Assembly: GCA_030696285.1 (NCBI GenBank)
Contig: JAUYSQ010000068.1
Span: 2,231-66,230 of the forward strand
Origin: Sulfuricurvum sp.
Lineage (GTDB): Bacteria; Campylobacterota; Campylobacteria; Campylobacterales; Sulfurimonadaceae
Reading direction: 5' to 3'
Length of the DNA stretch: 64,000 bases
The first letter of the stretch is position 1; each line of letters starts with the position of its first letter. The notes under the pieces are model-generated. The model did not search any database. It saw nothing but the letters and a program-made list of their open reading frames with translations, and was not told where the DNA came from. This document shows positions 49,656-58,885 of this stretch, in pieces. A program made the position numbers and the translations under genes.

Positions 49656-50266
49656 TCTACCAACACGATTCCCATTGATTCCAGTAAAAACAATGCTTCA
49701 TAGCGGTTGAAAACAGCTCCTTTGAGATGGTTGGAGCGTACATCAATCATCGTGTTACTTGTGTCGGTAAAGTTGGCACCTTCGAGATGCGTATTGCCGA
49801 ACAACGCCCCCTTAAAATCGCTCCCGCTAAAATCGGCTTTTAGAAGTGTCGCGTTGCGAAAATCAACCTCTTTGGCTCGGCACTCTTTCATTACCATTCC
49901 CTCTATATTCAGACCAAAAAAATTGCTGTCATTGAGGATACACTCGCGAAAACGGATCGGATCGGCATTGAGTAAACTCTTCCAATCCCCCATCGTCCAA
50001 TCGATCCCGATCATCTTGCACGAGACAAACTCGACATCGCTCATTTTCGTATTGGTCAGTTTCATCAGGCTAAGATTGCAGTTTTCAAAACGGCATTCGG
50101 TAAATTTGCAGGAGGAGAAAAAAGTTTCGCTGAAATTGCAGGAGACGAAGGTGCAGTCATCGAACTCCGCTTTGGTGATCTTTTTGCCGTGCAGATCAAC
50201 GTTTTCGAATTTTTCGGCGAATACGTCCATGGTGTCGGTGATGCTCTTTTGAATACTCATCCGCAT
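49652..50266 (-). CDS. Pentapeptide repeat protein
   Basis: Periodic (A/C)xFxx repeats (CTFVS CNFSE TFFSS CKFTE CRFEN CNLSL). Confidence 0.88.
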   Translation of the reverse strand: MRMSIQKSITDTMDVFAEKFENVDLHGKKITKAEFDDCTFVSCNFSETFFSSCKFTECRFENCNLSLMKLTNTKMSDVEFVSCKMIGIDWTMGDWKSLLNADPIRFRECILNDSNFFGLNIEGMVMKECRAKEVDFRNATLLKADFSGSDFKGALFGNTHLEGANFTDTSNTMIDVRSNHLKGAVFNRYEALFLLESMGIVLVD

Positions 50267-50333
50267 ATTTTTACAATCTCTTCCATAAACCCAGTTGTTT
50301 TTTATTTATTGTGATAAGATAAATTTTGTACTT

Positions 50334-53300
50334 TTAATGTACATTCTCGGCAACTGGTCCATCATAAGTAAATCCTACATAAAAATTTATTATCTTACTT
50401 TCATCTCTTCCAATTTCAAACCCATATTTCGCCGGATTGAAGTATATCGACATTCCATTGATGTCAATAAAACCACGCTCAGGTGTCAATATTTTTTGTA
50501 TTCTACCGCTCAGTAAAGTAAGGTTCTGACGCATATTTTGAAGCTCTTTTTCTTCATCATCATCTCGAATTTTTGAATAATGAACTAACCTATTCACTCC
50601 TCCATTTTTTCCATACCATTCATATTTAAATCTACGATCTCGTCTAAATCGTGTTCTATTTTCTAGTTCACCTAGATTTAAGCGAACACTCTCAAGACTC
50701 CCAAGTGCGCCTTCCATTAAATTTACAGCGTGATATGCGTACAAATAATATATTGCATCGATAAAGTCTGTATTTACTTTCATATGTGCAATTTTTTCAA
50801 TTATACTATCCAAAGAAAATTGCGTGATGCCACTTTCACGTACTGCCCTAATCCACATCTTAATACTTTGTGTATCTCGAACATCCGAATTAACATTTTC
50901 TGTAAGTAATAAAACAATTCGTGATAAGACTTTCTGATCCAATCGCTCCCAATTACGATTATTTCGTTCTAATAATGTATGTGCAATATTACGTCGTATT
51001 ACATTTTTATTAATATTTGCTGATGGTGAATTTAACATACTATCAAATTCTTGCAATGCAATTTCAAAATTGCCATATAATCGATGCACTTGATTTCGAA
51101 GAACATAAAATTTTTCACTACGGCTATCTGCCCCATAAACTAATTCTAATTCATCAATAAGTGAACTTGCTTTATCAAAGGCATTTTCAAGAAAATTATC
51201 TTGTTTGATTCTTATATATTCAACTGTTGATTGTCCAGTAGCTCTATGAATTTTATCAAATAACTTAACATAAAGTGAAATTTCGCCTACATACGAATGT
51301 TCATCATTAGGCATATACAATCTAGCATTTTCAAATGCATCTACTGCACTCCCAGCAAGCGAAATAATCTCTTTTATACTATCCTCATTAGGTTCAATTG
51401 ACAACATATGACTATAAAATATCATTCCGTAAATATGATGTAATACATGATCATCATTTTGTAAACTTAGTGCTTCTTTAAGTGCCTCTTTTGCTCTTGG
51501 AAAATCTTTATTTAAACTCAGCATTCTTCCATAATGGGCTAGAAAATGTGGATTATTTGGATATTTTTCTGAAAGATGCTCAAGTACAATAAGCTTCCCC
51601 TCATTTACAGAAATATCTTCTAATATCTTACTAAACTTCTCATTCGACAAAGCATTTCTATCACGGTTTATGAATATTTTTGTCATTAGTTCAATCATTT
51701 TATTCGACTGTATCGGTAAATCAGAATGACAAAGATCAATAAATTCTTTTCCAATTGTTGATAGTTGTTGTTTCCATTGAGCACCAAAGAGATTTTCAAA
51801 AATCTTTTTTGCAATGGCAAAATGAATAATATAAATCTCACCATTTTTAGTCTCTACTAAATCAAGAGCAACATTTGAATCTCCACTAAATAATTTTTGA
51901 AGATCAATATTTTTTATACCAAAGTGCTTTCTGAATATTTCAATTGGAAGAGATGTTTGTCCGTAGTATTGAGCAACAGCTAAGTATAAGAAAAAATATT
52001 TCTGCGATTCAGTTAAATATAAAAATCTACTGTTAATATAATTATCTATTCCTTTATATTCGTCATCATATGCAACCAGACCAAAAAAGAATGCTGATTT
52101 TATATCATTTGATAGAACATATTTTTCTAAATCGCTTTTTTTATTTGTTAACGCTTCCGATTGATATGCAGACTTAAATGAAGCAATCTCCGGTATTGAA
52201 AGTTCTTCATAAAGATAAAAGTTAGATTTAGTACTACTCTTGTCATGTTTTACAATATCAAATTTACGAATAACTTGTAAAATAACCGAAGGATACCCTT
52301 CGGCTCTTAACTTTTCATATAAATCATCAATCTGAGTATCAGTAAATGACTCTCTATCGACAATTAATAATATACTTTTCTTTGATAAATTATATATTTG
52401 TCCAATTTTTCGATATGTACTATCTGAATTATAATTTGTTAAAAAACAAATTGGGTATTCATCTTTAAGCTCCCATGCGACTCTATGTGAAACTGTCGTG
52501 CCTCCAGCTCCTGGTTCATGATAGAGATTAGTACGGCTAACTTGCTTTTGATTCAAATACTGTTTTAGCTTATCTTGTAATTGTCTTGCAATATCTCTAT
52601 TACAATCATGATGCTGAACAATATTGTTCCACGTTATTTTATGCCCTTTTCGGTATTGAATAGCATTTTCAGCTTCTTCCTCAACAAACAGTTCTCTGTA
52701 AACAACAAATAAATCTTCAGCAAACCAATTTGCATTTTTCACAGAAATTTCGGTGTGTGTATCACCTTTTGGTATAAAATATCTTTTTGATTGGATGAAA
52801 TATTTATCAGAAAAAAGGCTATTAAGCCCATTTGAAATGGACTCGTCATCTATTACTATAATTTTACATATATCTTCATAATCTTCTGGAATATGAATGT
52901 TGCTATTTCCAATGATAACTATATGTGCACTTTGGTCAAGTAACCCGTGTAGTGATTCGACTATGTTATTAATAAATTTTTGATCATTAAATCCATAAAC
53001 AATAAAAATTCCATCTTTAGGATTTAAATCTTCTGCTATATAATTTAATTGTTCTTGAAACTGCTTATCGTGTAAGCGTTTCCATTCTTTATAAGATAAA
53101 TCTGAAGATGAAATATCTACGTCAGATTGACCATTGGCAAAAAACCAAGGTAGCGCTGGCATAGACAGTAATTTCATCGGTCTTACAAAATTATGAATAA
53201 CTCGATTTTGTTCAAACACTTCTTTAGTCTGTGCATATAAACCGTTTTGCTCGCTATCACGATTAAAATCAATTACCATATGCCAAGAGACATATCCAAG

Positions 53301-53534
53301 ATTTTTTAAGTTTATTGTTTTAGGATGATTGGTACCAGATATCAGGTAGTATTTTGCTCTTTTATAATTAAAATTATACGATGCATTTTTTAAGTTATTC
53401 CAATTGCTATTTTCTTCTAAATCTGAATTTGATTCCTCGCTTGCAGCATTACCATATACATTAGTTGTTATTATGGTTAAATTATTATGATTGCCAAGTT
53501 GTTCGGTTGTATTATTAGAGTTAATATCTGACAT
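50334..53534 (-). CDS. SAMD9/Avs9-like STAND NTPase (SIR2-like - P-loop - TPR - OB fold) with an N-terminal Asn-rich RHIM-like motif
   Basis: NLYHEPGAGGTTVSHRVAWEL (SAMD9-type Walker A as I recall it: NLYHxPGCGGTTL), ILLIVD Walker B, WHMVIDFN and PWFFANG in the SIR2-like region, TPR-like helices, terminal FYVGFTYDGPVA. AT-rich. Confidence 0.8.
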   Translation of the reverse strand: MSDINSNNTTEQLGNHNNLTIITTNVYGNAASEESNSDLEENSNWNNLKNASYNFNYKRAKYYLISGTNHPKTINLKNLGYVSWHMVIDFNRDSEQNGLYAQTKEVFEQNRVIHNFVRPMKLLSMPALPWFFANGQSDVDISSSDLSYKEWKRLHDKQFQEQLNYIAEDLNPKDGIFIVYGFNDQKFINNIVESLHGLLDQSAHIVIIGNSNIHIPEDYEDICKIIVIDDESISNGLNSLFSDKYFIQSKRYFIPKGDTHTEISVKNANWFAEDLFVVYRELFVEEEAENAIQYRKGHKITWNNIVQHHDCNRDIARQLQDKLKQYLNQKQVSRTNLYHEPGAGGTTVSHRVAWELKDEYPICFLTNYNSDSTYRKIGQIYNLSKKSILLIVDRESFTDTQIDDLYEKLRAEGYPSVILQVIRKFDIVKHDKSSTKSNFYLYEELSIPEIASFKSAYQSEALTNKKSDLEKYVLSNDIKSAFFFGLVAYDDEYKGIDNYINSRFLYLTESQKYFFLYLAVAQYYGQTSLPIEIFRKHFGIKNIDLQKLFSGDSNVALDLVETKNGEIYIIHFAIAKKIFENLFGAQWKQQLSTIGKEFIDLCHSDLPIQSNKMIELMTKIFINRDRNALSNEKFSKILEDISVNEGKLIVLEHLSEKYPNNPHFLAHYGRMLSLNKDFPRAKEALKEALSLQNDDHVLHHIYGMIFYSHMLSIEPNEDSIKEIISLAGSAVDAFENARLYMPNDEHSYVGEISLYVKLFDKIHRATGQSTVEYIRIKQDNFLENAFDKASSLIDELELVYGADSRSEKFYVLRNQVHRLYGNFEIALQEFDSMLNSPSANINKNVIRRNIAHTLLERNNRNWERLDQKVLSRIVLLLTENVNSDVRDTQSIKMWIRAVRESGITQFSLDSIIEKIAHMKVNTDFIDAIYYLYAYHAVNLMEGALGSLESVRLNLGELENRTRFRRDRRFKYEWYGKNGGVNRLVHYSKIRDDDEEKELQNMRQNLTLLSGRIQKILTPERGFIDINGMSIYFNPAKYGFEIGRDESKIINFYVGFTYDGPVAENVH

Positions 53535-53537
53535 TTC

Positions 53538-53810
53538 TTATCCAATTTTCACACGATTATTATCACCATTTTGGACAACAGTATTACCTGAATTGATATT
53601 AATTTCACCATTCTGTTTTAATTCTTCAAGCTGTTTTTGTATTTCTTTATTTACAGAAAATATCGTTTGAAGATGAGAAGAAAAATCATCTTTTTTATCT
53701 GCATTCACCAAATCTTTCAAAATTCCAAACGATCCACCAAAAATGAGTTTTACACTATCATAAAAAGCATTCCCAGCTACTGCATCCCAAGCAAAATCAA
53801 CTAAATCCAT
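53538..53810 (-). CDS. Small putative effector: helical N-terminal domain plus C-terminal RHIM-like motif
   Basis: RBS AAAGGA; ends 3 nt before the STAND gene start; C-terminus NINSGNTVVQNGDNNRVKIG. Confidence 0.75.
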   Translation of the reverse strand: MDLVDFAWDAVAGNAFYDSVKLIFGGSFGILKDLVNADKKDDFSSHLQTIFSVNKEIQKQLEELKQNGEININSGNTVVQNGDNNRVKIG

Positions 53811-53883
53811 TTATTTTCCTTTTAATCATTTAAAAAATTAATACTGAACAAGTATACAATATTTTTCCACTCTCCTCAACGCC

Positions 53884-54288
53884 TCATTCTCTACATTTTG
53901 CTTTGAGTGCCGATCCAAACTGTTCCATCATTGGATAATACGTGTGAGTTATCAATTCTTCGAGTTCATCCAAAATAGTTTCGTCATAAATTTCTAAGGC
54001 GAGGTTACGCTTTTCGAGTGCTTCAAGCCATTTGGCACCATCGGAGATCAGCCCGTAATCAAAGGCAGTTTTGATCGCTTCGCGAGGGCTTTTGACATCA
54101 TACCCCTCGGTGATGAGATAATCTTTCATCACTTTCCACGCCAACTCAAACGCCACCTCAAAAAACTGGATAAGACCCGCTTTTTCGATCTCGTTGAGAT
54201 TCTCTTTTTCGACCGTGGCACGCACGTGTGCAAGCGATTTGGTGTAATTGACCATCCGTTGTCGGCATCGAACCAATCCCTCACCCAT
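53884..54288 (-). CDS. HI0074-like nucleotidyltransferase substrate-binding (HEPN) protein; RxxxxH motif altered
   Basis: GLIQFFEVAFELAWK.MKDYL, SPREAIK.AF..GLI, RNLALEIY. Confidence 0.8.
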   Translation of the reverse strand: MGEGLVRCRQRMVNYTKSLAHVRATVEKENLNEIEKAGLIQFFEVAFELAWKVMKDYLITEGYDVKSPREAIKTAFDYGLISDGAKWLEALEKRNLALEIYDETILDELEELITHTYYPMMEQFGSALKAKCRE

Positions 54289-54374
54289 TTGTATCCCTTT
54301 AGCGTTTTTTATCGTCTTATAATACTCTTTTCACTCTGAAACATCTGTTATCTGTCATTTTTAAAATTAATCTT

Positions 54375-54452
54375 CCGTTCGTGGTGAGCACGTCGAACCA
54401 TGGACTCACCCTTCGACATACCCTATAGGGCACGTGAGCTCAGAGCGAACGG
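54375..54452. repeat. REP-like element, family D (GTTCGTGGTGAGC..GTCGAACC...CTTCGACA..AGCTCAG.GCGAAC), with an 18-bp insertion
   Basis: Inverted ends ccgttc/gaacgg and internal complementarity gtcgaa/ttcgac; insertion taccctatagggcacgtg at 54419-54436. Confidence 0.6.
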
Positions 54453-54501
54453 GATGTAACAACTTTATTAGACTTCTTTCATAACTTCAATTTTTTAAAA
54501 G

Positions 54502-54528
54502 CTGGATTCCCGCCTTCGCGGGAATGAC
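54502..54528. repeat. REP-like palindrome, family C, single copy
   Basis: ctggattcccgccttcgcgggaatgac, identical to 23465-23491 and 33805-33831. Confidence 0.9.
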
Positions 54529-54531
54529 GGA

Positions 54532-54837
54532 CTACGAAGCTTTAAGCGGCGTAATATGAAAGTGCAGCCCTAAAGATTTTACCACTTTAGCAATAGTATC
54601 AAAACGGGGTTTAGAACCGGGGGCAAATGTTTTATAGAGGCTCTCACGTCCTAATCCACTCTCTTGTGCAATTTGACTCATACCGCGAGCTTTGGCGATA
54701 TGACCGATGGCACGAATTAGCTCATCGGTATCACCCTCTTCGAGGACTTGCGTGAGGTATTCGGCAATCGCTTCTTCGCTGTCCAAATACTGCGTTAAAT
54801 CAAATGAAGTAATTTCGGTTTGCTGAATGGTATACAT
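54532..54837 (-). CDS. HI1420-like addiction-module antidote (HTH-XRE)
   Basis: FDLTQYLDSEEAIAEYL, AIGHIAKARGMSQIAQESGLGRESLYK..PRFDTI. Confidence 0.88.
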   Translation of the reverse strand: MYTIQQTEITSFDLTQYLDSEEAIAEYLTQVLEEGDTDELIRAIGHIAKARGMSQIAQESGLGRESLYKTFAPGSKPRFDTIAKVVKSLGLHFHITPLKAS

Positions 54838-54874
54838 GGACAAATTGTATCCATTTAGATACATAGTGTCAATA

Positions 54875-55153
54875 TCACGGCAAATTTTCCCGATAGAGGG
54901 TCAATATCCAAATCTGATCTTTTTCTACGGTATAGATAATCGAGTACCCCTGATAGACAAGTTTACGCGAACCGCTGATCAGCTCTTCGCAACTTCGCCC
55001 CGCATAAGGAAAAGTACTCAATGTACTTACGATAAACTCGCGCAACCGTTGCAAATACTCTCGTGTGAGCTTTTTTGACTTCGTTTGCTCATAGATGTAT
55101 TCGGCGATCATCTCTAATCGCATCTGCGCTTGGGGAGAAAAATCAATCCGCAT
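54875..55153 (-). CDS. RelE/ParE-family toxin
   Basis: IDFSPQA...L..IAEYI, L..FPYAGR, RKLVYQGYSIIY.V, IWILTL; overlaps the upstream antitoxin. Confidence 0.85.
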   Translation of the reverse strand: MRIDFSPQAQMRLEMIAEYIYEQTKSKKLTREYLQRLREFIVSTLSTFPYAGRSCEELISGSRKLVYQGYSIIYTVEKDQIWILTLYRENLP

Positions 55154-55397
55154 ATTTCGCTATCACCCGATCAAACGCTTCATCGATGCCCATGTATTCA
55201 CCGCGCTCGATTTGCTCCATCGCCTCTTTGACTTCACGCTTAAGCTGCGCATGGGTGCGGTTGTATTCATCCAGAGACATAATCACAACACTCTTGTCAT
55301 TTTTGGTCGTGACAATCACCTCTTCATTATTGTCACACACTTCATCGATAATCGTTTTGAGAGAGTTACGTGCCGTGGTATAGTTCAATGCTTGCAT
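55143..55397 (-). CDS. Phd/YefM-family antitoxin
   Basis: LNYTTARNSLK.IIDEV......VIVT......VVIMSLDEYN. Confidence 0.9.
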   Translation of the reverse strand: MQALNYTTARNSLKTIIDEVCDNNEEVIVTTKNDKSVVIMSLDEYNRTHAQLKREVKEAMEQIERGEYMGIDEAFDRVIAKYAD

Positions 55398-55489
55398 GGG
55401 TTTACCTTTGTGACAGCTTTCTGTCATTATAGCACATTTTATAAACAAAGAAGAAAATTAAATTCTAATGCATTGTACGTACTCATACA

Positions 55490-56200
55490 TTACTCCATCG
55501 GCACATCAAACATCAGTAAATGGGCATCCGAATTCGCCGTAATCTCAAAAACTTCATTACCGATAACTTGCAGTTCATCACGACGTTGGAGAGTATGACC
55601 ACACGTCTTAACCTCCCCCTCGATAACCAACAAAAGTCTGCCGTGTCCCGCTTTGATAGGATTGGAAACAAGGGTATGCCCTGCTTCCAAATGCGCCATC
55701 AGGATACTCGCATCTTGTCGTATGGGCATCGAACCGTCCCGTCCGTCACTGCTGATCATAATTGCCCAGCGATTTTTGGTAACAAGATCGCGAAAATCAC
55801 GCTGTTCATATCGGGGAGGAAGATCCTTTGCCTGCGGAAAAATCCATATCTGAAACAATTGAGTCTGTTCTGTAGATGAGGGATTAAATTCCGAATGCTC
55901 TACACCGCTGCCTGCTGACATATATTGAATATGACCTGCCGTAATAGTGCCGTGATTTCCCTCAGAGTCTTTATGCTCAAGCGAACCTTTGATGAGTATC
56001 GTGACAATCTCCATATCACGGTGGGGATGCATCCCAAAACCGCCGGAAGGTTCGATAATATCATCGTTGATAACCCGTAATACCCCAAATCCCATCCTCT
56101 CACGGTTATGGTAATTGGCAAAACTAAAACTAAATCGGCTGTATAGCCAACCATGCTCGGCGATTCCCCGTTCATCAGCTTTATGAAAAGATAATTTCAT
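55490..56200 (-). CDS. Pirin-family protein (YhhW-like)
   Basis: GWL.SRFSFSFA.Y, GFGMHPHRDMEI, LEHKDS.GN, MSAGSGVEHSE, FQIWI. Confidence 0.93.
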   Translation of the reverse strand: MKLSFHKADERGIAEHGWLYSRFSFSFANYHNRERMGFGVLRVINDDIIEPSGGFGMHPHRDMEIVTILIKGSLEHKDSEGNHGTITAGHIQYMSAGSGVEHSEFNPSSTEQTQLFQIWIFPQAKDLPPRYEQRDFRDLVTKNRWAIMISSDGRDGSMPIRQDASILMAHLEAGHTLVSNPIKAGHGRLLLVIEGEVKTCGHTLQRRDELQVIGNEVFEITANSDAHLLMFDVPME

Positions 56201-56212
56201 GTGTCCCCCTCT

Positions 56213-58408
56213 TTAAACATCGTATTCTGCCCCCAAGTCCGAACGTGTCGAGCGCAGTCGTTCAGCCAATACCGTCGCGAGACTTTGCATAAAATGAAAC
56301 GACGCTTTTTTATGGTGTACGGAAAACTGATCGAATGCTTCTCGTGAGATCATATAGAGATCCGTATCAGTACCCGCAATAGCATCCGTATAATGGGGAG
56401 CCCCTTCCAAAAATGAAAACTCGCCGAAAAAATTATTCTGCCCCAACGTACTGAGATGGACACTCTTTCTTCCGGCAAAGGGGAGCATAATACGAACCGA
56501 ACCTCGACGTATCAAAAATATTTCCCCACTCGAATCCCCTTCGGAATAGATTGTCTCCCCTTTTTTTACAGATCGACTCTCTACTAAGCTTTGAATCTCC
56601 TCTAATGTATCCTCATTACGCCCTTTGAAAAGATCAAAATCCTGAAGGTTGAGAAGTTCTTCCCCTTTTTCTTCGATAAGCCCCTCTTTGATAATCTTAT
56701 TCTCAGCCCATTCAATCGCATCATCCAGATCATCGAAAACTTTGATCGGACTAAGATGTTTGAGTAATCCGACACGATTGAAATAACTCTCCAAGTCATC
56801 TCCGCTGGGAAGTTTATGAGGTAATCGGCATAAAAGTAAATATCCATCTCTGTCTTGGAGAATATCTTTGATTTGCAACAGGATATGCGCCGCTGTCAAA
56901 TCAACGTTCTGAACGCGCTTCATATCCATAATGATGTATTTTTTCTGCTGCAAATCTTCTTGCAACATCGTATAAAGCTGATTTGCTGTGCCGAAAAAGA
57001 GACTTCCATGCAACTCATAGACGGAAAAATTGCTCCCATTTTCACGTAAAAGGTTTACTTCATCTTTGTTTCGAACAATTTTACTTCGTGCATCCATTCC
57101 ATCAAGATGACGATACACCACTGAAGTACCGATTTGTTGAGCGATATACAGTGCAATTGCCAAGATTAAACCTACCCCAGCAGCGGCAATAAGGCTTACA
57201 GAAATTGCCGTCAATGCAACGGCGACAATAATCAAAAAATCAAGACCCGTTTTACGGAATTCGAGTAGTTTAATACTCCGTTTATCGATCATCCGAAAGC
57301 CAATAACCATCAAAATTCCGCCCAGTGCCGCAACAGGAATCCATGCAATAAATGCCCCCAGAACCAGAAAAGCGACAATAGCCATTACCCCTTCTATAAA
57401 ACCTGAAATACGCGTCGAACCACCGCTGGAGATATTGACCATCGTCGCACCCATTGTCCCAGATCCAGGCATCCCTCCGAATAATGAAGAGACAATATTA
57501 CCTGAGCCTTGGGCTATCAGCTCTTTATTTGGGTTATGAAAAGAGTGGGTCATCGAATCCAAAATAACACAGGTTTTGAGCGTATCGATCGAGAGGAGTG
57601 CCGCCAACGTCAATGCGGGGAAAATGAGGGTAGCAAGATTTTCCCATGAAAGTTTTAAGAGCCCCTCAAAACGTCCCGTAAATATCTGAATGAAATCAAT
57701 CCCTCCACTTCCTCCAAGCTCACCGATGACATAAGGATTATTTGCATATAAAAGAGAGGGATCGATGAGGGCTAGCAGAAAATACGTTCCAATACCCATT
57801 GCCAATGCCATAATAACAGCAGGAATAACCCGAAATATTTTTTCGGCATAGAGCATAATAAGGATTGTTGTCAACCCAACGATAATACTCTGCCATTGCC
57901 ATGCGCTCGAGAGCTGGAGTGACTCAAAAAAACGGGTGCCCTGTGGAAGACCCAAAAATATCGGCGTTTGTGATGCAATAATATAGAGTCCTACACCACT
58001 TAAATATCCGCTGACGACCGGAAAAGGCATATATTTAATGAGCCGCCCCAATCCAATAACACCAAAAGATATCTGAAATAGACCCGCCAAGAGGGCAACA
58101 ACCATCAAAAGGATAAAGACGATATCAGCATTGATCCCTCTCGACATATATTCGAGTGCAAATGCCGACAAAACTGCAGCAGCGGGAGCGCTTGGGGCAG
58201 AAATCAGTTTATTTGTCCCCCCCATGAGAGCAGTGACAATTCCGATCGCTGCAACCCCTAAAATACCGGCTATTGCACCATACGCACCATAATGACCGCC
58301 AACCGTCGCATAGATCGTTACCCCAAATGCAATTGCGGCAGGAAGAGCCACCAGCATTGCCGCCGTTCCACCCCAAAAATCACCTGGCAAATTTGCCGTT
58401 TTAACCAT
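56213..58408 (-). CDS. SulP-family anion transporter with STAS and cNMP-binding domains
   Basis: GDFWGG...ALPAAIAFG, NKELIAQG.GN, GSLFFG (STAS), FFGEFSFL (cNMP). Confidence 0.92.
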   Translation of the reverse strand: MVKTANLPGDFWGGTAAMLVALPAAIAFGVTIYATVGGHYGAYGAIAGILGVAAIGIVTALMGGTNKLISAPSAPAAAVLSAFALEYMSRGINADIVFILLMVVALLAGLFQISFGVIGLGRLIKYMPFPVVSGYLSGVGLYIIASQTPIFLGLPQGTRFFESLQLSSAWQWQSIIVGLTTILIMLYAEKIFRVIPAVIMALAMGIGTYFLLALIDPSLLYANNPYVIGELGGSGGIDFIQIFTGRFEGLLKLSWENLATLIFPALTLAALLSIDTLKTCVILDSMTHSFHNPNKELIAQGSGNIVSSLFGGMPGSGTMGATMVNISSGGSTRISGFIEGVMAIVAFLVLGAFIAWIPVAALGGILMVIGFRMIDKRSIKLLEFRKTGLDFLIIVAVALTAISVSLIAAAGVGLILAIALYIAQQIGTSVVYRHLDGMDARSKIVRNKDEVNLLRENGSNFSVYELHGSLFFGTANQLYTMLQEDLQQKKYIIMDMKRVQNVDLTAAHILLQIKDILQDRDGYLLLCRLPHKLPSGDDLESYFNRVGLLKHLSPIKVFDDLDDAIEWAENKIIKEGLIEEKGEELLNLQDFDLFKGRNEDTLEEIQSLVESRSVKKGETIYSEGDSSGEIFLIRRGSVRIMLPFAGRKSVHLSTLGQNNFFGEFSFLEGAPHYTDAIAGTDTDLYMISREAFDQFSVHHKKASFHFMQSLATVLAERLRSTRSDLGAEYDV

Positions 58409-58549
58409 ATAAAATCCCTACTTTACATCATCCTAAGATTAAACCGTATTATTAATATTTCATTGTACCGAAAATAGGGTTGAGGTTATACGTAAAATGT
58501 CAATTAAAATTTAAGATTTGAAACAAAAGAGGGATCAGGAGAGAGGGCT

Positions 58550-58885
58550 CTAACTTTCGATCAGCAACGACCCTCGCACCGAAGCTTTAAAAAGTTTCAT
58601 TTTCTCTTGAGTAATAATTGCCATTGCCCTTTCTCTCTCTTTTTTAATCTGAGCGAAAAGAGCTGCCGTGGGGAAGTTGCGAGCAGTATGAATCAGAGAG
58701 TAGACACTCTCATCAAAGAGGTCACTTTTAAAAGGTTCGAGTGCATCGTAGAGAGCCATAAAAACAGCTCGTCCATCCTCACCCATTTTACACGAATCAT
58801 CGCTGATTTTCAAAGCGACCGTCACCGCACAATCTTTGGCAAAAATGTCGAGACTAGTCGCAACTTTGGCAATAGGACTCATCAA
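58550..58885 (-). CDS. Hypothetical protein (last gene of the nif-linked ferredoxin operon)
   Basis: 111-aa ORF overlapping the upstream ferredoxin stop by ATGA. Confidence 0.65.
   Translation of the reverse strand: MMSPIAKVATSLDIFAKDCAVTVALKISDDSCKMGEDGRAVFMALYDALEPFKSDLFDESVYSLIHTARNFPTAALFAQIKKERERAMAIITQEKMKLFKASVRGSLLIES

Noticed and set aside
49652-50266. Pentapeptide protein as Qnr quinolone resistance
   Set aside because: Repeat periodicity alone cannot distinguish Qnr from the many uncharacterised pentapeptide proteins.
50280-55450. Prophage or integrative element
   Set aside because: No integrase, att repeats, tRNA or phage structural genes were found.
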